Source: Chrysomallon squamiferum (lineage: Eukaryota > Animalia > Mollusca). Taken from it: a stretch of 64,000 bases of DNA. Each line of letters opens with the position of its first letter. The first letter of the stretch is position 1. The translations under genes were made by a program, and so were the position numbers. Below, piece by piece: positions 59,198 to 64,000 of this stretch. The notes below the pieces were generated by a model. That model made no database searches. It saw nothing but the letters and a program-made list of their open reading frames with translations, and was not told where the DNA came from. The stretch covers positions 27,590,001 through 27,654,000 of the forward strand of contig CM022679.1 of NCBI GenBank assembly GCA_012295275.1. Direction: 5' to 3'.

Positions 59198-62172
59198 ATG
59201 TCTGTATTGAAACTGCAAATCTATCTCGTCTTACTTATTCTGGGATCAGTGGTGGCCAGGTTACCTCAAGACAGGGTTCGTCGAAAAGTAAAGTAAGATT
59301 CATTTTAACTCTCATACTGAGTGAATCCAAATGTAAATTATTTTATTTTCTAAGACTTATTTCTGTTCTTGTTACTCAACAAATATCAGACGAGGTTAGA
59401 AAATTCAAGACGAATGATTCCAGATTCAGACTGTTTAAATGTGTCTTTGTATATCGTATCTCGCTCTTATTTACAGGAATATGTTATAGAGAAAGATCTA
59501 ATTTCATTCACATTTTGTGTAAAAGGCTTTATTATATTATTATATATATTTCTTTTTTGCACATGCTTCAGACCACTGTGAGTATAATTTATCATTACAT
59601 GACATTCACACAATATTTCTGTCCTGTATAAAGAAACATACTGCATCAAGTAAACTAATGGCATACAAATTAAAATTAGGAAAAACAATCTGAGAAATAG
59701 TGTTTCCTTCTAATCCAATAATAAAAAAGAATTAGAATTATTAAGAGCTGATAATCAGTTTATGTTTCTCTTTCTAATTCTGTCTTTCTTTGTTTTCTTC
59801 CACAACTACAGCAACTTACACCCACGTTGTTATTTTACTAAATTGTACTCATATCAGTGTTCACTTTTCAAAAACAGAGAATTTACTTTTTTGTGAGTAT
59901 CACTTTATCTCCAAACAGAAGTGTATGTGTGTGAGAGAGAGTGGTAAACAATAATAATGATGATGATGATACTAACAGTACAGCCAAACCACCTACACCA
60001 CAAATGCAACCGCCATCATACAAAACATCATCAACAACAACAACAACAACAACAACAATAATAATAATAATAAATAATAATAATAATTGATGATTCTGAT
60101 GAATATTATATGTGATGATGAATAGTATATGTACAACGATGGATGGTAATAATAAGAAATGTTATAATTATTTCATTATTATGTCTGCTGAAAAAATTAT
60201 TTTTATTTTTATTTATGTGTGCCCTTCAGAGAATGGTATGTATCAATTACCAGTAGGTATCTTAAATGTGTTTACAGCAGTACCAAACAAATTCTTACAT
60301 CAAAATTGAAGAAACAAATACACATCTGACCTGTTGTAATTTTATGCACTTTAATATAAATATTTTTAAATGAATTTTGAGATGACTAACCATGAGATGG
60401 ATTCAAATTTATTTTTAAGTTCCGATACTTATTATTTGATTGATAATTGTTTCTCTTCAAAATATCAAACAAACAAACAGCCTGGTAAGTCTCATTCTCT
60501 TAAATTGTAAGACAATTTAATTCAGCAGAAGTATTATATATTGGGTCTTAGTTTTGTAAAACGTATCAGAAACCATTAAAACAAGTCTCTTTGATATATT
60601 CGTAAGTTAATAGAGAGCACCCCACCTGGAAAAAGAACTGAATGGGGATTTCATGCAGTATGAACATAAGGGCATTAAAACAGACGACTTTGATAAAAAA
60701 TAAATTGTTAAAAAGGACCTCATTATATATGACAATGCTGATAATGCTGAATTCATTTTCTAACAAATGGACACTCAATCAGTTTATGCTTTTTAAACAT
60801 TCACACTTCTTTTCCTGCAAATATATACTTTTTACTTCCCAGTATGTGAAGCATATTTATCCTTATTAGTGTATTGATTAAGGACTTTTTTCTTTGATTG
60901 TTTGTCACTTTTATTCTTTGTTTTGCTATCTGATAATATATCAAAATAAAAGTAACACAATCAAAACATCTTTTTTTTTATCTTTTTAAAACAGGTCGAG
61001 AAAACATTCGTGAGTCCTATTCTCTTAAACTCTAAGACAAATTACATCAGCAGAAATATTAGATTGGGTCTTAGTATTAGAAATATAAAGTACAAGTCTC
61101 ACTGATATATTTATAAAGTAATAGGTACCCTTAAATTTTGCCTTCGAAAAACATTAGAATGAGGACTTCATGCACTATGTTCATCATGACCATAAAACAG
61201 GACTTTTTGTGTGTGACAATGTTCATAATGCTGAATTCATTTTTCTAACGAGTAGACGTTCCATCAGTTTGTAATATAAACATTGAACTGCTTTTGCAGC
61301 AAATGTATACTTTTTCCTTAACTGTATATCTGAAGTATATTTATCCTTATTTCTGTCACTCGTATTTTTAATTTTGTCAACTCATAATACATCAAACTAA
61401 AAGTAATACAACCGAAACACTCAATTCTTATGACTGGATTTTTTTTTTTTAATCTTTTAGAAACAGATGGACAAATACCGGGTGAATTTTATGCTCTTAA
61501 ACATTAAGACAAATTACATCAGAGGAAATATTATATTGGGTTTTATTTTTCTAATATGTATTAGAAATGTTAAGTACAAGTCTCACTGATATATTTATAA
61601 AGTAATAGGTACCCTTAAATTTTGCCTTCGAAACAAATTAGAATGATGACTTCATGCACTATGTTCATCATAGCCTTAAAGCAGATGACATTCATTAAAA
61701 ATAGTTTTCGCAATACGCATAGAAACTATTAAATATAACTGTCACTGAATTGCACCGGTTCGGAATAAAATTATATTGTTCAATGTTGACAGGAGGCAAT
61801 TTCACCATTTACAAATAAAAGAATTCAGTTTGAGAAGACCGTACAAATGTCCAAGCTTATGATTTAAAATCTCTAAAAATAAGTGAAACATTTCACATTA
61901 CTGTCTAGCACTTTGTAAATTCATATCTACAAAGGTGAAGATATAATCACGTTTGTGAACAAACCCACGACAAAATCATACTCACATTAAATTTCCTAAT
62001 TGATCCTTCAGACAGTATATATTTTTTTTTTGCTAATAATAATAATAATAACAATAATAATAATAATTTAAAAAAATGGTAATTAAATTTCTATAAGATA
62101 TACTGAATTTAAAATCAAAGCGTTTTTCTCCAAATCTTAAGAATATCATGTGTACAGTTAAATAAAAATAAA

Positions 62173-62217
<45 letters not shown>

Positions 62218-62878
62218 GACAACAACAATAATAATAATGATAATACTCTTACACAGCAGTTCAGATAAACTTTGTATTTTAAAGACGATGTCAAAATGAA
62301 GAGAAAAGATCGGAACAGTTCGTTATCAAAAAACTGTATAGAGGTTATCTCAAGTAAAATAAAATAAAATGTAATTTGTATTTTCAGGATAATCGGCAAG
62401 CGATCTGTTTCCTCTGATTCGCCTCACATCAGAAGTTGTAAGTGTAGTACTTTTTGTCTAAACTAATACAAGAAAAAAATGTATATTTTTGTGGATACTT
62501 ATGTACGTAACTAAGCATATATCACTGAATGAATATATGTATATATGTTTGTATGTATGTATGTCTGTATGTATGTAAGTATGTATGCATGCATGTATGT
62601 ATGTATGATCGTATGCATGCATATATGTATGTGGATGTATGCATAAACGTGTGTATCTATGTATGTAGGTATGTCATCCATGTGTGTATGTGTATCTACG
62701 TATGCATAGATAGATACGGACTGAAGAATGAATGGATATTGATGAAAAATAATGTCTCATTTAAATTTCTAAATTCTTTAATTATTGGCGACAGAGAGCT
62801 GATATTATGTATTTATTTATTGTTTTTCTCGTTTCAGTGTCAGGAAAAGAGGGAGAAAGCAAGATGAGTTCACGATAA
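59198..62878 (+). CDS. P3: micro-exon-encoded prepropeptide (signal, furin site, amidation site), about 80 aa
   Basis: Exon 59198-59292 (MSVLKLQIYLVLLILGSVVARLPQDRVRRKV, phase 2). Micro-exons 59572-59577, 59878-59892, 60232-60237, 60995-61009, 61467-61481 (each CAG/GT, length a multiple of 3). Exons 62388-62437 (IIGKRSVSSDSPHIRS) and 62838-62878. Candidate 5'UTR exon donor at 58663. The large exons are more certain than the individual micro-exons. Confidence 0.72.
60485..61680 (+). repeat. About 500-bp tandem intron + micro-exon duplication, about 2.5 copies
   Basis: Units start at splice donors 60485, 61010 and 61482 and share CTCTTAAA..TAAGACAA.T..ATCAG..GAA.TATTA.ATTGGGT. Confidence 0.85.
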
Positions 62879-62957
62879 TAAAATATTGTGTGATGAAAAC
62901 ACCTATTTCTATCATTCTGTTAAGATAAAAAATCATAAAATCATTAACGATTTAACT

Positions 62958-63066
<109 letters not shown>

Positions 63067-63254
63067 CATGCATTTTCTGTAAGCATTATCAGTATTTTAT
63101 TTTCATAAATGTAAAATAATATATATTTAAAAGACCAAATTTTCACTGAATAACTTTGCCTCATCGTATTTATAGTGCACTTAAATGTTCTTCTGTTCTT
63201 TTTTCGAAATTGAATGTCCTCCAAATCAAGAAAAGTGATAACAATTAATTTTAT

Positions 63255-64000
63255 ACTTACTTTTTCTTTCCCGAATGAAATTGGTCTGCACTTTGTAATT
63301 AAAAACACAATGTATATACATTGGAATGCAATGAAGCATCACGTTTGTTAAACAGATTCCTAGCGGTGCATCAATACTGTCTAAAACTATAACATATCTA
63401 TATATACAATATAACAATAGTGCAGCAATTCGATGAATACATCGGTGAATGATACTTCTCACTTTTTAAAATATCACTTTTTAAAATATAATTTGTAAAA
63501 TATTTAACGAGATTAGTCTTATTTCCGAGAACGTAACAATGCCGTTGACGAGACATGAACGTATGACACCCACATATGTATGTGTATGTGTATGTATATA
63601 TGTATGTGTGTCTGTATGTTTGTATGTATGTATGTATATGTGAGATTAACTGCATACTGAGCCTATATAAATAACAACTGTCTAACAAAAAATGTTTTCT
63701 TTTAGTAATTGGGAATCAGATGCATCATATTTATACTAAAACAAATTACATACAACATAGCTACTTCCTTCGTATTAATTACAGTATTCGAGTAAATGTC
63801 ACAAATAGTGTTTACATAGCACTGAAACTGACAATTATTCTTCTAATGATTCATCAACACTATTTTTTTTTTTTTAAATCACTGAATTAATAATAATCAT
63901 CAAAAATAAGACCTCACTAAAACTGATGTTCAATGACGTTAGAGAACTGGTTTCAGTAACACATATAAAGTGATCAGTAAATATGACTCATGTCGGAAGA
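63255..64000 (-). repeat. Diverged duplicate of the P2 upstream / exon-1 region
   Basis: 63540-64000 aligns with about 55620-56440. 63255-63290 shares CAGACCAATTTCAT...GTAAGTA with P2 exon 1. Confidence 0.65.

Noticed and set aside
59152-59631. 159-aa and 70-aa ORFs in the track
   Set aside because: They are off-frame or intronic. The frame starting at ATG 59198 gives a clean signal peptide, furin site and donor.

Overview
AT-rich, microsatellite-dense animal DNA with spliceosomal introns; a lophotrochozoan, probably a mollusc, is inferred from domain content only. Most ORFs in the supplied track are microsatellite artefacts, so genes were rebuilt by hand from splice sites and exon phases. 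(1) Bases 1-44.1 kb hold a rapidly evolving cluster of type-I membrane receptors: signal peptide, F-type lectin (fucolectin/FTP) domain, EGF repeats, TM segment and Tyr-motif tail. It contains three intact tandem copies about 8.05 kb apart (A, B, C; 374 aa each), a longer paralog (D) with a cassette array of Ca-binding EGF exons and an ITAM-like tail that is out of frame as assembled, a partial minus-strand paralog and several relics. The cluster shows lectin-focused amino-acid change, a chimeric middle copy, gene-conversion tracts and duplicated leader exons. (2) Bases 48-63 kb hold three secreted peptide-precursor genes that the ORF track misses, apart from the signal exon of P2, because their exons are tiny. 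P1 encodes a predicted amidated CX3C-X2-CX3C 20-mer. P2 is a KR-delimited multi-copy acidic peptide precursor with one peptide per 39-nt exon. P3 is a micro-exon gene (6- and 15-nt exons) encoding a furin-released, amidated 24-mer. All gene models are predictions with no transcript evidence.
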